From: Giardia intestinalis
Taxonomy: Eukaryota
DNA length: 64,000 bases
Assembly: GCA_000002435.2 (NCBI GenBank)
Contig: CM018793.1
Direction: 5' to 3' (one strand)
A model generated the notes under the pieces. It was given only the letters and a program-made list of their open reading frames with translations. It was not told the DNA's origin and made no database searches. Shown piece by piece: positions 46,241-56,345 of this stretch; the stretch's first letter is position 1, and the number at the start of each line of letters is the position of its first letter. Made by a program: the position numbers and the translations under genes.

Positions 46241-49200
46241 GTAAACAAAGGCGGAGGCCCCAACTTAGGAATGTCCTTCAGGGACGTTATGATGCTGTCT
46301 AGCGTCTCATTGGAGAGTGCACACGGCACCGGGGTGATTTCTTTTTCGAGACGCTCTTCATGCTCTCCTCTCATAACGGGGGACGATTCTTTGCTGGCAT
46401 GGTGCTTTTCGATCACCTGCTTGACATCTAAGCTCAGGCTGTCCATGAGGGCTACTAACGTGTTAGTGTCAACGCCAGACATTGCAGAACCGAACTCTAT
46501 GGGACGCGTGATGTTCTCTGAGACCCTGACGTCGGAAGAGCCTTCAATGTGGCTCACATCCTTATTCAGTGTATCAAGCTTACCGAGCTCATGGCTGCTC
46601 TTGGATATCTGAATAATCACCGGGGTCTCAGACCCTTCAGATGCGGAAGAAGCGGACAAATTATCTTTATATGACGACAGTTCTGGTGTAACGCTAGTAT
46701 TCGGAGCCTGCCTTTCTGCCAGGCTGGCCGAAATGCACTCAATAAACGTTGATCGCTTTGACGACGGACTCTTTGCAGCTGGTGGGGGTGGAGGAAGGGC
46801 ATGTTTCTTGATTGTTGCGATAGATTTGGGAATGCCTCCCGGGCCTGAAATCGATGAGGCTCGGTGAGATCTTCTATCTGATAAGTGTGCTTTCGCGTCC
46901 TCAACGGTTGCTTCTTCAACTACGGCATTTGGCGTTGCACACGGAACTGGAGTTGAGCCAACCTCAGAGGTACAGGACGAAGAATCATGCGGTTCTGCAG
47001 AGATTTCTGGGTGTGGTCCACGGTTAGAAATGACATTGGTATTAATAATATCATCCAGCTTAAAGGCATCGTCCTCGTGCTGGTCTTGGATTCCAGCCTT
47101 GACGTCATGCACACTTAAAGCGTGCGGTTGTCTGGTGAAAAATTCATCCTCTGCTGTTTCGTAGGTAGATGCGTTGGATTCTGATTTTGGGACATTCAAT
47201 AGCGTAGAGATCAGCCGACTAGGAACCTGCTGGTGCGATGTAATAAGAGAGGGGCTGTGTTTTTCTGTAATCCTCCCGAACTGGCTGCTTGTCTCACCAC
47301 TAGTCTCAGAAAACCGACTTTGATTCTCGTTCTCTTCATGCAATGCTTTTAGTATCTTGCTTGAGTGTCTATAATGATCGGGATTATCAACGCCAATGTT
47401 GCCTTTAACTTTAGTGGACACATATGTGTCAGAGAACTTCCCTGCAGTGAAAACATCATCCACAAGTGAGGATCGAACAGTAACTCCCTGCTCAGTGCCT
47501 GTTACAGTGGGTACTGCGAAGCTGTAATTGCCGTACTTCCTAAGAAAAGCCCTAACTCTCGGAATATATGCGTTGATTGACAGGTTGCTTTCTGCATTTC
47601 CGAGGATAATGTTTTCGAATTTGACGTTAACTTGTAGATATCTAAGATTATTGTCCATGACGAATCCATACCTAAGTGATTCCTGCAGCATCTCAGTGAA
47701 TGCAACTGTTTGCAACGGAGACAGGTTGATTGCCTCCATGTTAATTTCGTGATCTTGCTCTGTTACCGAGCCTGGCGATGGATGCTGTACTGGCGAGGAA
47801 CAAGAATTGAAACTGGTTAGTGACGTCTCTGCAAGCACACCGGTACCTCGTCGCGGCTGCATAAGTGTAAGCATCAGTGCCACAAGGGCAACAGAGGACA
47901 TACGGGAGACTTCTGCATTTGTTTCTGAGAAGTAGTATGCAGTAAGCTTCCCTTTGTACGGAATCGCAGAAACGGCCTGCTCCCCTTCGGTGTCTTTGGT
48001 GTACACCCCAATGTATCCGTTTTGCTCCGGAAACCGCTCGTAGTCTGTATCAAATGTCGATGTCTCTGGATTGAATAGTATTTTGGAGCCAAGGAGGCCG
48101 AAGAACATGAGGCGTAGCTCGTAAAGACTCTCAAGTACTGACTCACAGATCTTTATTGCCACTTTGCGGTGAATGATGTGGAGGATGCTGTCACTGTCAT
48201 CCTTTGTATTGTCGATAAAACGAAGCGTTCTGTCGTTGTCTTCCCGCGCTTTTAGGGTGGCTTGAATAGCTAATTCTAAGGTGTTGTTCATGTATGACGG
48301 AAACAGCTCGGCAACAAATGCAGAAGAAAACGGAATTGCTCCTGTTTCCGTAAGGTCAGGGGAGTAAAGAATCTCCGGCACACGGACGTTGTAATCGCAC
48401 CTAATCACCTCCAGGATCCAAGCCGTTATGTCTAGTAGGTCGGCGAGCTGAAGCCTGAAGTTAGGAAGGGAGATGCCAAAGTCGGCCTTGAGGGTCTGTA
48501 TTTGTGAAAACTTGGAGGAGACCATGAAAACAGTTGGGTTTTTGGTATGCGCCATCTGCACTTGTTGCATAGCGGTTTTTTCGCAAGTGTTGTGTGCGTA
48601 ACGTAAGCAGTAAGCAGCATTGATGCCAAATCCCTTGTAAGAAAGGGTATCTCTTTTCCCCATAAATACCATGCCAACTCCGTCAGAAAGCTTGTCAGCC
48701 TGCAGCATATGAGAAATAAGCTTGCATTTGATCTTATTCGAATGCAATCTAGATACCTGTGCCAGAGAGGTAGAGGTCGACAGGATACTATAAGATTGTG
48801 AGGTGCACGTCTCACTTTTGGAGTTTGCATACGTGAGGTCAGAGTCCAGAGATCTGGCGATAATCAAGGCGTACCTCAATAAGTCTGTTCCTCGCTTCTG
48901 TGTTCCGGCGAGAGAAGCGTTCTGAGATGCAATCGTGACCAGGCTACTCCCATAACAATCACACAGTTGCATCATGAGAGATGCAAAGTTTATTTCTAGT
49001 GGCACCAAACCGGTTCCAATCATCGGGTCAAAATGCTGTGCAAAGGAGCCTGTTGTTTTCAGAAGGCCTGTGTCTGTGGCCTGTGTGCCGTGCACTCTCT
49101 TTAAGTTGTCTATTTCACGCAATCGTCTGACATCGTTGGCAACATTTACGAGCAGATTGTGGGGAAGGTCCACCAGCTTAGTTGTTTGATTAGTCACATA

Positions 49201-51918
49201 GAAGTCGCAGAAGGAATGAACGGACTTGACGAGAATCTCGTGGGCTAGAAGCGAGTTTAGTTGTTGGATGGTGTCGTCAATGGTGATCCTTAATGTGCTG
49301 TCGCACTGGTCAATCTTATGGAATACCTTAGATAGAGTATTATTGTCCCCGGTAGCCAAGAGGATATAGGGATTACAAAGGATAATAAGAAGAGCGCGAC
49401 AAAAAGTCAGCTTGTCCATGGCACAGAGAGACGTAAAGTCCGTCTGCCCCCTACTCGCCGACGCCATCAGCTCTAAGTCAAGGGCTTCGGACAAATCGAT
49501 TATGTAACGAGAAATTGCGTCTGTAACAGTACTCGCGTTAAGAGGCTCATTAGACCGTATATCGTGAAGCAATAACACGACATGGGTAATCAGAAACTCC
49601 CGTGTATTGCGGCAGAGAAGAGTCACGTTTGGCGAATTGATAGACTGCAAAAGAAGCAGGACGTCTTGACGACGATACAGAGAATAGATTGTGTTGGGCG
49701 CGACGTATGTCTCATACTCTTGCATTAGTTTGTAATGACTATCTTCCGAATACTGGTCAGTAACTTCAAAAAGGCTGACTAGGCAATCGAGAAACGTGAG
49801 GTACGTGCATGCGCTTACTAAGCTTAGCTCCTTGTCAGTAGAGAACAGCTTTAGCGATGCACTGCTTGAGTACAGGGCCAGAAGGTTGGCGTTCATGCGT
49901 GAAGTGCGCTGGCTTTGGGCCAAGGAACTTGAGGCGGCAGCTTTCGTCTTGAATGATGCGGAATGCCCGAGACTCGTCACCGGATCTTCGTGTGCACACT
50001 GTGCTGCATAGAGAGCAGTGGACATAGCATTATAGCCAGAACTAAGCAAGATGATGTCGCTGGAAATTGGTCGCGGAACCGTAGAAGTGCCCTCCGACAG
50101 GGTCCCTGAAAAGCTGGGCTTGATGTCGATGAAAATATACACGTCCCGGAGAAAATCTAGTGAATTGGACATGAAACAATTGGTCAGCTTTGTTAAGATA
50201 ACCTCTTCCAATGGAGCAGCATCAGAAGAAACGTACTCTGCAACAATCTGAAGTAGTGATTGAAAGTTGGAATAGTCTAGAGTGTTTCCAACGGCAATGC
50301 AGAATATGCCAAACGTTGCTGCCGCGTAGACGGGAATGGTCGGGAAATATGTAACTGGTGTTATTATGTTCTGCACCAGGGGAATAAAGAATGTGGCCAT
50401 AAGCGTCTTGCGTCTTCCTGGCAGCCCGGAGCTGGAGGACAGCTTCATGGTCTGTGTGTTAGATGCCTCAAACTGCAGAGCATTGTACTCCAGAAGCGCT
50501 GCATCGATCAGTGTCTGCCTAAAGAACGAGGGGGAATACACTAAAAACAAGAGTATAATGCGCAAGTATGCGCCTACTATTTCATTATAATCATTCATGG
50601 GCATACTGCTGCAAGATTCCAAGCCTGCAGTCTTCGTGTCCAGATAGGAATAGAAGAACGAGGCTAAAGACCGAAACATTCGAACACTGTAAATAACGGA
50701 GAGGTAATCTACGATCGCCTGCTCTTCCTGAACCGAGAAAAGTGGTAGACGGTTTTCGAGAGGGCCATGGCTCTCCAAAATGGAGAATGGCACCCGCGTA
50801 TATGCTTCTATCCGCCTCTCTCCGCAGTGCAGGAAGAATATGCTAAGCAGCCTGACCGTTATAACATCTGGTTGGTAGATGATGGAGCTGTCGCCAGCCA
50901 TTGTACGCGAAGTGTCCGCAGATAGGTGTAGACTGAATGGAGACCGTGTGGATGCAGCAGACAAAAACGCTTTGGTGTCTCTGCCACCCAACAGGTTCGT
51001 CACAAGGTAGTCGTCCATAACTAGTCGGGTAAATATCTTGTCCTGGTGTCGAAGAAGAGCGTTGTATTGGGCCAGCGCCTTATCTACTTGTTCGCCGCTA
51101 TCGAGAATCGCCTTTGCAATGGATTGCTTGAAGGTATGGAGCCGCTCCAATAAATCACTGAGCAATCCCAAGGTTGCTAAACGTGTGCTAGCAGAGCTGG
51201 AAACAGGACACTGTGCAGGAGGAGACAAGACTCTTTCAAACAAAAAGTCAGGCACCTGCGTCGAAAGAAAGAGCAAGAACTCGTCTGTTGAAAAGCTAGT
51301 CGTTGTATAGAGAGCCAAAATCTCTAACATCTCGTTCAGTGCGTCAGGGTTACCGGTGCATGTATGCAAATACGTCGTGAGGAGAGAAGCCGATTCATAC
51401 GTCTCTCTGAATAGGCAAACAATCCCAAAGCGGACCTGAACAAAGTGCCGTAGGAACTGAACTGCGTAGTTTGTCAGCTGGGTACTGCCTGCCCGCGGCT
51501 CAGACATGGCCTTTGCAAGCTCCTCCATGCCACCGAGAGCCACAAAGCTCTTCAAAAGACATGTCTGGACCCTAACATAGGAGGTGCTTTCCCCACTGGA
51601 AATACCCTTAAGGAGCTGTGTCATGGTTCCTAGAGCGAGACATTTGAACCGAACCGTCGTCTCGTTAATGGGCTTTAAATCTATTCTGAAAAGATCCAAC
51701 AAGAGGGCGACCAGCCCAGACGAGATTAGTACATCAAGCCTATCACTTAATGGGATTGCGTTTGAGGCAGCGACAGCGTCTTGCAAAAGAGACTGACAGA
51801 TACTGCTTGAGGTATCGATGAACGCCGTCGAGCTGTACGTCCCCGAGAGGACCTCCTTTACTTGTGCGACAATGATGGGAATGGCCATCTTCCACTTAAT
51901 TATGGGATTTGGCGCCAT
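46237..51918 (-). CDS. Giant all-alpha (HEAT/ARM-like solenoid) hypothetical protein of about 1893 aa
   Basis: The track ORF start at 51960 is TTG, and the first ATG is at 51918 (MAPNPIIKWKMAIPIIV). It has no low-complexity region and is helical throughout. Family unknown. Confidence 0.7.
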   Translation of the reverse strand: MAPNPIIKWKMAIPIIVAQVKEVLSGTYSSTAFIDTSSSICQSLLQDAVAASNAIPLSDRLDVLISSGLVALLLDLFRIDLKPINETTVRFKCLALGTMTQLLKGISSGESTSYVRVQTCLLKSFVALGGMEELAKAMSEPRAGSTQLTNYAVQFLRHFVQVRFGIVCLFRETYESASLLTTYLHTCTGNPDALNEMLEILALYTTTSFSTDEFLLFLSTQVPDFLFERVLSPPAQCPVSSSASTRLATLGLLSDLLERLHTFKQSIAKAILDSGEQVDKALAQYNALLRHQDKIFTRLVMDDYLVTNLLGGRDTKAFLSAASTRSPFSLHLSADTSRTMAGDSSIIYQPDVITVRLLSIFFLHCGERRIEAYTRVPFSILESHGPLENRLPLFSVQEEQAIVDYLSVIYSVRMFRSLASFFYSYLDTKTAGLESCSSMPMNDYNEIVGAYLRIILLFLVYSPSFFRQTLIDAALLEYNALQFEASNTQTMKLSSSSGLPGRRKTLMATFFIPLVQNIITPVTYFPTIPVYAAATFGIFCIAVGNTLDYSNFQSLLQIVAEYVSSDAAPLEEVILTKLTNCFMSNSLDFLRDVYIFIDIKPSFSGTLSEGTSTVPRPISSDIILLSSGYNAMSTALYAAQCAHEDPVTSLGHSASFKTKAAASSSLAQSQRTSRMNANLLALYSSSASLKLFSTDKELSLVSACTYLTFLDCLVSLFEVTDQYSEDSHYKLMQEYETYVAPNTIYSLYRRQDVLLLLQSINSPNVTLLCRNTREFLITHVVLLLHDIRSNEPLNASTVTDAISRYIIDLSEALDLELMASASRGQTDFTSLCAMDKLTFCRALLIILCNPYILLATGDNNTLSKVFHKIDQCDSTLRITIDDTIQQLNSLLAHEILVKSVHSFCDFYVTNQTTKLVDLPHNLLVNVANDVRRLREIDNLKRVHGTQATDTGLLKTTGSFAQHFDPMIGTGLVPLEINFASLMMQLCDCYGSSLVTIASQNASLAGTQKRGTDLLRYALIIARSLDSDLTYANSKSETCTSQSYSILSTSTSLAQVSRLHSNKIKCKLISHMLQADKLSDGVGMVFMGKRDTLSYKGFGINAAYCLRYAHNTCEKTAMQQVQMAHTKNPTVFMVSSKFSQIQTLKADFGISLPNFRLQLADLLDITAWILEVIRCDYNVRVPEILYSPDLTETGAIPFSSAFVAELFPSYMNNTLELAIQATLKAREDNDRTLRFIDNTKDDSDSILHIIHRKVAIKICESVLESLYELRLMFFGLLGSKILFNPETSTFDTDYERFPEQNGYIGVYTKDTEGEQAVSAIPYKGKLTAYYFSETNAEVSRMSSVALVALMLTLMQPRRGTGVLAETSLTSFNSCSSPVQHPSPGSVTEQDHEINMEAINLSPLQTVAFTEMLQESLRYGFVMDNNLRYLQVNVKFENIILGNAESNLSINAYIPRVRAFLRKYGNYSFAVPTVTGTEQGVTVRSSLVDDVFTAGKFSDTYVSTKVKGNIGVDNPDHYRHSSKILKALHEENENQSRFSETSGETSSQFGRITEKHSPSLITSHQQVPSRLISTLLNVPKSESNASTYETAEDEFFTRQPHALSVHDVKAGIQDQHEDDAFKLDDIINTNVISNRGPHPEISAEPHDSSSCTSEVGSTPVPCATPNAVVEEATVEDAKAHLSDRRSHRASSISGPGGIPKSIATIKKHALPPPPPAAKSPSSKRSTFIECISASLAERQAPNTSVTPELSSYKDNLSASSASEGSETPVIIQISKSSHELGKLDTLNKDVSHIEGSSDVRVSENITRPIEFGSAMSGVDTNTLVALMDSLSLDVKQVIEKHHASKESSPVMRGEHEERLEKEITPVPCALSNETLDSIITSLKDIPKLGPPPLFT

Positions 51919-52454
51919 GCATGATTTTAAATGCAAATATGAACTGAAAATTGGAAGCAAGGGGCTTGGCTCGTAGGATCTTACCTTTCACACGTTTGTA
52001 TGGTAATGTTCTACTTACTTATTGACACTCCACATACAGCTGGGCTCTGCACTAACACTCTGAGTAATAAGTAAGAACGAAAATAGTGCAACAATAAGTT
52101 TATTTCAATCATGCAGTTTTGTCCAATGTAATCAATCTTGAACTACTTCAGCTTTCTCACCACTAAAGACCACTAAAGGCTAGTTGTTTCTGCTGAGGCC
52201 TTCCCCGAACGACAGTTTGTTTGTGCGTTTACAAGCAACATAAGCGCCAGCTAGAGTTTAAGGAAGCTTCCAAATTGCAGTGATCATCTTGCTAGTGCAT
52301 GAACTGATGAGTGTGAGGACGCGTTCACACACCCCGTAGAATAGGAACATGCTTATCTCTGAGGCGGAATCCCTATAGTCGACACAGCGGTCGGGACTGT
52401 AGTGCTATCTGGGATGCAAATTCTATATGGTCTAAACTTATTATACTCATAGTG

Positions 52455-54494
52455 TTAACCCAATCTATTTTCAATTAGCGCCCAGAGCGTCTTCATCTGT
52501 ACATGCACAGCCGCAGAATCTATACTGGATAGCTGAATAGAGAAAATATTATCGCCTTTGTAGTAGGGCGGAGCTGCTTCTTCTCCTTTCATATGAAAGT
52601 ACACCCCCAGAGATTTAGACAGGACATACGCCAACTTATCTTCGTTGGGCTTGTTGATGCGAACACGATTAAATTGAGAAGATTGCTTTTCCAAAACCAC
52701 GCAAAGAACGGCACCGCTCTCCCACTCCTGCTCAGTAACTTTTCCCACGTCGGATGTAAAGACCAAAGTTCGGGCTTTGTACGACAAAACGATATCGTCC
52801 GCAGCGAAGGACAACTTGTCCTTGCTGATGCTGAAATTCGTTGCCCCCGCTTCCTTGTCCTTGGCCTTCTGATGAACGTAGCTGTATTGGGGACGGCGGT
52901 AGTCCTTAACTTTCTCAAGACGGTTCAACGGTTTAAACTCTCCTCCTACGAATAGATAAAGTATGTTCCGTTCATTGACGACGCAGCTGCTGTAGGCAGA
53001 CGGTATTAAGATGTATCGTGGGCTGCTCTTTGATATTCGCTGTTGGAGGCTTTGGTTTACCTCTGCCCTTCGCTCGGAAGGTTCCACTTGAGAGTCGGGA
53101 GATCTGTGATAAAGACCTGATAGCACTTGCCTGAGCGTACTATCCGCGACAATCGGAATGTTATTTCGGATGAATGGAGCGACAAACTTTGCATAGTGAA
53201 GCGAGTTGGCAGAAATAAAGGTCACTGGCCGTTGTATTTTCGCTGCAACAACCCTGATGGTGTCGGCGGGATCCTTACGCGCGGTGATAGTGCAGTACTT
53301 ACTAAATGTACGTAGGACTTTGGACAAGTACGCTGTCGGAACAAGAGACGCGTAGAGAGAGGAGAGATACACGGTGCTACAGAACAGCGATGGCTTGTAT
53401 GTGTTCATACTTCGTGCGATGTCGTGAATAGTGTTCAGGATCCGTGACCCGCGCGCCGAAAAAAAGTCTTTACTGACAACAAATGTTGAGCGATGTATAA
53501 AGCTGGTTATCTGAGCCTTTTCAACCTCTAAAGTCTTAGGAAGAACCTTCACATTGGATGTGACTCTGGACGAAAGCACAGAAAGACGCCCAGAGTAAAT
53601 CAATTTCTGGTCTGGGCCGTCTGTTTCTGTGGTTAGTTGTGGGTTACTGGCAACTCGCTGGTCGAGCTCGCTGTACTTTTTGATTGAAGAGATTGCTTGG
53701 TCAAGAGAGAAGCCAGAGGGGCCACTGGCATGCTCTTCGGAGGTCTTTGGAGACATAGCTGTGGGAGCAGCTGACCTGTCTGCTAAAAAGGGAGTCAGAA
53801 AGTCCAAGTGTTTGGAAGCATGCTCGATCGCCGAGTCCACCTCAGTGAGAAAGCTGGCTCCGTGTGAGTAGTACGAAAGATATTCTTGGTTGTCTTTCTT
53901 ATCGTCCGCCTCCCGCGATGCAAGGAATTCGTGCAGTGCGCTGTAGTAGGAGCTGACGTCGCGCCGCCTGTCGTATTCGTGGACATCGAAAAACGCACCT
54001 TTGTTAGAGTCCTGAGTCAGTTTTATTATGAGAGGAATGCCTCCGCTTTTGAGTAGATCGGGGACTGCGCTGATGTTGACGTCAGTGATGAGACGCACGC
54101 TGGAGGGGTGGATAATGTCTGAAGAGTCTGCATCAGAATAGATGGCGGCATAGAGCCCCAGTATGCTCTTCCGGTCAAACACAGTTGTGTGGGCTTCGCT
54201 GGCGAGCGCCGCGTACTTCGGCCGGATGCGTCGAACGAAGAGGTTCTCGGCGACAACCGGCTCTCCGTTGGCAAGGATGAGCTGCTGCTGGGTTGCGACC
54301 ATGACGCAGAGGTCTGCGACCGTCATGGGAACGCCCTGGAGCGTGATCTCGTCGTGGGCGGGGAGGAGGGAGCCACCGGCGTAGACGTAGCGCTGCTGGG
54401 AGGCCTCGTCGTCGACAAGGCACCAGGCGCAGGCCGGGTCCCGGGTCTGCTGGAGGCCGGTGAGCGCCGCGCGGGCTGCAGCGAGCAGGGCCAT
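52455..54494 (-). CDS. Hypothetical protein of 679 aa, with its 5' end (about 350 nt) in the GC-rich island
   Basis: ATG start at 54494 (MALLAAARAALTGLQQ). The N-terminus is Ala-rich and the rest has ordinary composition. No family recognised. Confidence 0.6.
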   Translation of the reverse strand: MALLAAARAALTGLQQTRDPACAWCLVDDEASQQRYVYAGGSLLPAHDEITLQGVPMTVADLCVMVATQQQLILANGEPVVAENLFVRRIRPKYAALASEAHTTVFDRKSILGLYAAIYSDADSSDIIHPSSVRLITDVNISAVPDLLKSGGIPLIIKLTQDSNKGAFFDVHEYDRRRDVSSYYSALHEFLASREADDKKDNQEYLSYYSHGASFLTEVDSAIEHASKHLDFLTPFLADRSAAPTAMSPKTSEEHASGPSGFSLDQAISSIKKYSELDQRVASNPQLTTETDGPDQKLIYSGRLSVLSSRVTSNVKVLPKTLEVEKAQITSFIHRSTFVVSKDFFSARGSRILNTIHDIARSMNTYKPSLFCSTVYLSSLYASLVPTAYLSKVLRTFSKYCTITARKDPADTIRVVAAKIQRPVTFISANSLHYAKFVAPFIRNNIPIVADSTLRQVLSGLYHRSPDSQVEPSERRAEVNQSLQQRISKSSPRYILIPSAYSSCVVNERNILYLFVGGEFKPLNRLEKVKDYRRPQYSYVHQKAKDKEAGATNFSISKDKLSFAADDIVLSYKARTLVFTSDVGKVTEQEWESGAVLCVVLEKQSSQFNRVRINKPNEDKLAYVLSKSLGVYFHMKGEEAAPPYYKGDNIFSIQLSSIDSAAVHVQMKTLWALIENRLG

Positions 54495-54557
54495 TTTGCA
54501 GGGCCAAAGAGGAAGACACCCCTCCCCTGCGTGTCTGTGGGTCTGACGGCCGTTGTC

Positions 54558-54630
54558 GCCGCTTTAGCTCAGTTGGTAGAGCGTTGGACTTTTAATCCAA
54601 CGGTCGCGGGTTCGAGCCCCGTAGGCGGTG
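54558..54630 (+). tRNA. tRNA-Lys (anticodon UUU), 73 nt, no encoded CCA
   Basis: Cloverleaf read directly from the sequence. The acceptor stem is GCCGCTT/AGGCGGT with G.U pairs. The D-arm is GCTC-AGTTGGTA-GAGC. The anticodon arm is TTGGA-CTTTTAA-TCCAA, with TTT at positions 34-36. The variable loop is CGGTC. The T-arm is GCGGG-TTCGAGC-CCCGT and the discriminator is G. A-box TAGCTCAGTTGG and B-box GGTTCGAGCCC pol III elements are present. Confidence 0.85.
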
Positions 54631-54635
54631 TTTAC

Positions 54636-55100
54636 TCACGCGTACGTCGCAAGGAGCGCGGCGGCCTGGTCGGACTTGTAGCGGAACGTCGGGGGGAGGC
54701 GCCTCGCCTGGCGGTAGTAGCGCGCGAGGCGGTGGATCCTCGACTCGACCAGGATCAGGCGGAACTTCGAGTCCTTGTCGCGGCGGCTGCGCTCGAGGTG
54801 CTTGCGGATGGCGACCGCCTTCTTGATCATGCAGTAGAGGTCCTCGGGGATTTCGGGCGCAAGGCCCTTCGCTTTCAGGATGCGGACGATCTTCGACCCC
54901 GTGACGTTCTTGACCTGGCCGATCGCAAACTGGTCGCGGAGGATAAGCCCGATCCTCGAGGGGGGCGTGCCCTTCTTGGCGAGCTTGCAGATCTGCTCGC
55001 AGACGTCCTCCGGCGTGTACTTGTTCCAGGGCGCAGGAGCGCGAGTGTATGGTATGGCAGAGCGGGATATACCCTTACCCTTCGAGTGCATGCGGCCCAT
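54636..55100 (-). CDS. RPS13: 40S ribosomal protein S13 (uS15)
   Basis: [18 protein letters not shown]...[40 protein letters not shown] aligns over its full length with eukaryotic S13. Codon usage is strongly GC3-biased. The TGA stop is fused to the AGTAAAC poly(A) signal. Confidence 0.93.
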   Translation of the reverse strand: MGRMHSKGKGISRSAIPYTRAPAPWNKYTPEDVCEQICKLAKKGTPPSRIGLILRDQFAIGQVKNVTGSKIVRILKAKGLAPEIPEDLYCMIKKAVAIRKHLERSRRDKDSKFRLILVESRIHRLARYYRQARRLPPTFRYKSDQAAALLATYA

Positions 55101-55186
55101 GGCTTTGTCACGTGCCCGCTAAAATTGCTATGCAAAGTGAATTTAAAGTCGCGGAGTTTTTTTACAGGCAGGCAGCCCGCGGCCCT
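55101..55186. promoter_or_regulatory. Divergent promoter spacer between RPS13 and MCTS1, containing AAAATTGCTATGCAAAG and TTTAAAGTC AT-rich elements
   Basis: An 86-bp head-to-head spacer between two highly GC3-biased genes. Confidence 0.3.
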
Positions 55187-55762
55187 ATGGAGCGATTTGC
55201 GCGCGAGTGGTGCACGAACCTCTCCCTCCTCAAGGCGTCCCAGGCGAAGAAGTGCGTGGCCGGCCTCAAGGAGCAATTCCCCGGCGCAGAAGCCCTCATC
55301 GACGAGCTCTTTCCGCCCAAGGGAGAGGTCTCCCTGGTCAAGTGCAAGAACTACATACAGCTCCTAGTCAGCACGCTCCCCGCTGGCAGCGCCCACAACA
55401 CAGGGACCAAGCCCGTGAAGCGGATCGTATTCTGGAACATCCGCGACGGCCCGTGGATCCCGACCCTGCGTCTCCTGCAACGATACCCGACCCTGCTCCC
55501 CGTGCTACTAACCGACGCGTCGTGCCCCAAGTTCATACTCCAGGGCGCTCAGATGATGGCCCCTGGCATCCACCAGATGGACCAGGATCTCCCTCGGGGT
55601 GCGATTGTCTCTGTGAGCATCCAGGGTGCCCCGCCGTTCTACATCGGCCGTCTCACTCAGGCCGGTAAGGAGATAATGGCCGAGGGTCGCCACGAGCAGG
55701 CCGTGGAGACTCTCAACATAATTGGCGATGGGTTCTGGGAGTACGGCGACGACTATAAGTAA
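55187..55762 (+). CDS. MCTS1/Tma20-like translation re-initiation factor with a PUA domain
   Basis: The track ORF start at 55049 is ATG, and the in-frame ATGs at 55130 and 55187 are chosen by alignment. The 55187 start (MERFAREW...) gives 191 aa, comparable to human MCTS1 at 181 aa. It aligns with human MCTS1 at EQFPG, PTLRLLQRYPTLLP, KFILQGAQMMAPGI, AEGRHEQAVETL and DGFWEY. An alternative start is 55130. Confidence 0.8.
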   Translation: MERFAREWCTNLSLLKASQAKKCVAGLKEQFPGAEALIDELFPPKGEVSLVKCKNYIQLLVSTLPAGSAHNTGTKPVKRIVFWNIRDGPWIPTLRLLQRYPTLLPVLLTDASCPKFILQGAQMMAPGIHQMDQDLPRGAIVSVSIQGAPPFYIGRLTQAGKEIMAEGRHEQAVETLNIIGDGFWEYGDDYK

Positions 55763-55850
55763 ATCGGAGTTGCCGTGCGTGCGCCGCCCGTCTGTGCGAG
55801 AGCTGCGCTGATAATAATTTTGAAACGTTTTCCTGTTTTCCGCAAAACAA

Positions 55851-56345
55851 ATGTATTCGGGTCCTTACAATAGTGCACCTGCGGGTAATCCCTACGGTGG
55901 CCCTCCGCAGATGTCCTCTGGTGGTCCCTACGGCGCAGGCGCCCCACAGGCGGGCCCCGGCCCCTATGGTTCGTCCATGCCTTCGGCCAACGCAGGCCCT
56001 TACGGTGCCCCCGCGGGGCCCTATGGAGCCCAAGCCCAGGGAGCTTCTGGCCCCTATGGCGCGTCGCAGGCTGCTCCACAGCCAGCATCGGGCCCTTATG
56101 GGTCAACTGCCCCTGGATACGGTGCGTCAGCCCAGCCTTATGGAGCCGCTGCTTCCACCGCAGGCGTCGGCCCCTACGGCGCAGGCGCTCCATCGATGGG
56201 TGGTAGCGGGGTCGGTGGTCCTGGGCCGTACGCAAACCCTGGTGGCCCTTACGGCTCATCGGGCCAGCCACCTGCAGGGCTGTACGGCTCTGGCGCCCAG
56301 CCAGGTATGATGGGAGGTCCTTACGGCGCACAAGGGCAGATGGGC
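55851..56345 (+). repeat. Coding GPYG low-complexity repeat, N-terminal arm of the FYVE protein (GC-rich)
   Basis: More than 15 copies of PYG/GPYG are visible in the translation. This region drives the local GC richness. Confidence 0.6.

Noticed and set aside
54189-55367. 392-aa + strand ORF spanning the tRNA, RPS13 and the MCTS1 5' end, together with the GC-rich antisense ORFs 54175..54519 and 54875..55276
   Set aside because: These are artefacts of the GC-rich island, where stops are rare. The translations are Arg/Pro/Ala low complexity with no domains. They overlap the confidently assigned RPS13 and MCTS1 genes and a tRNA in other frames.
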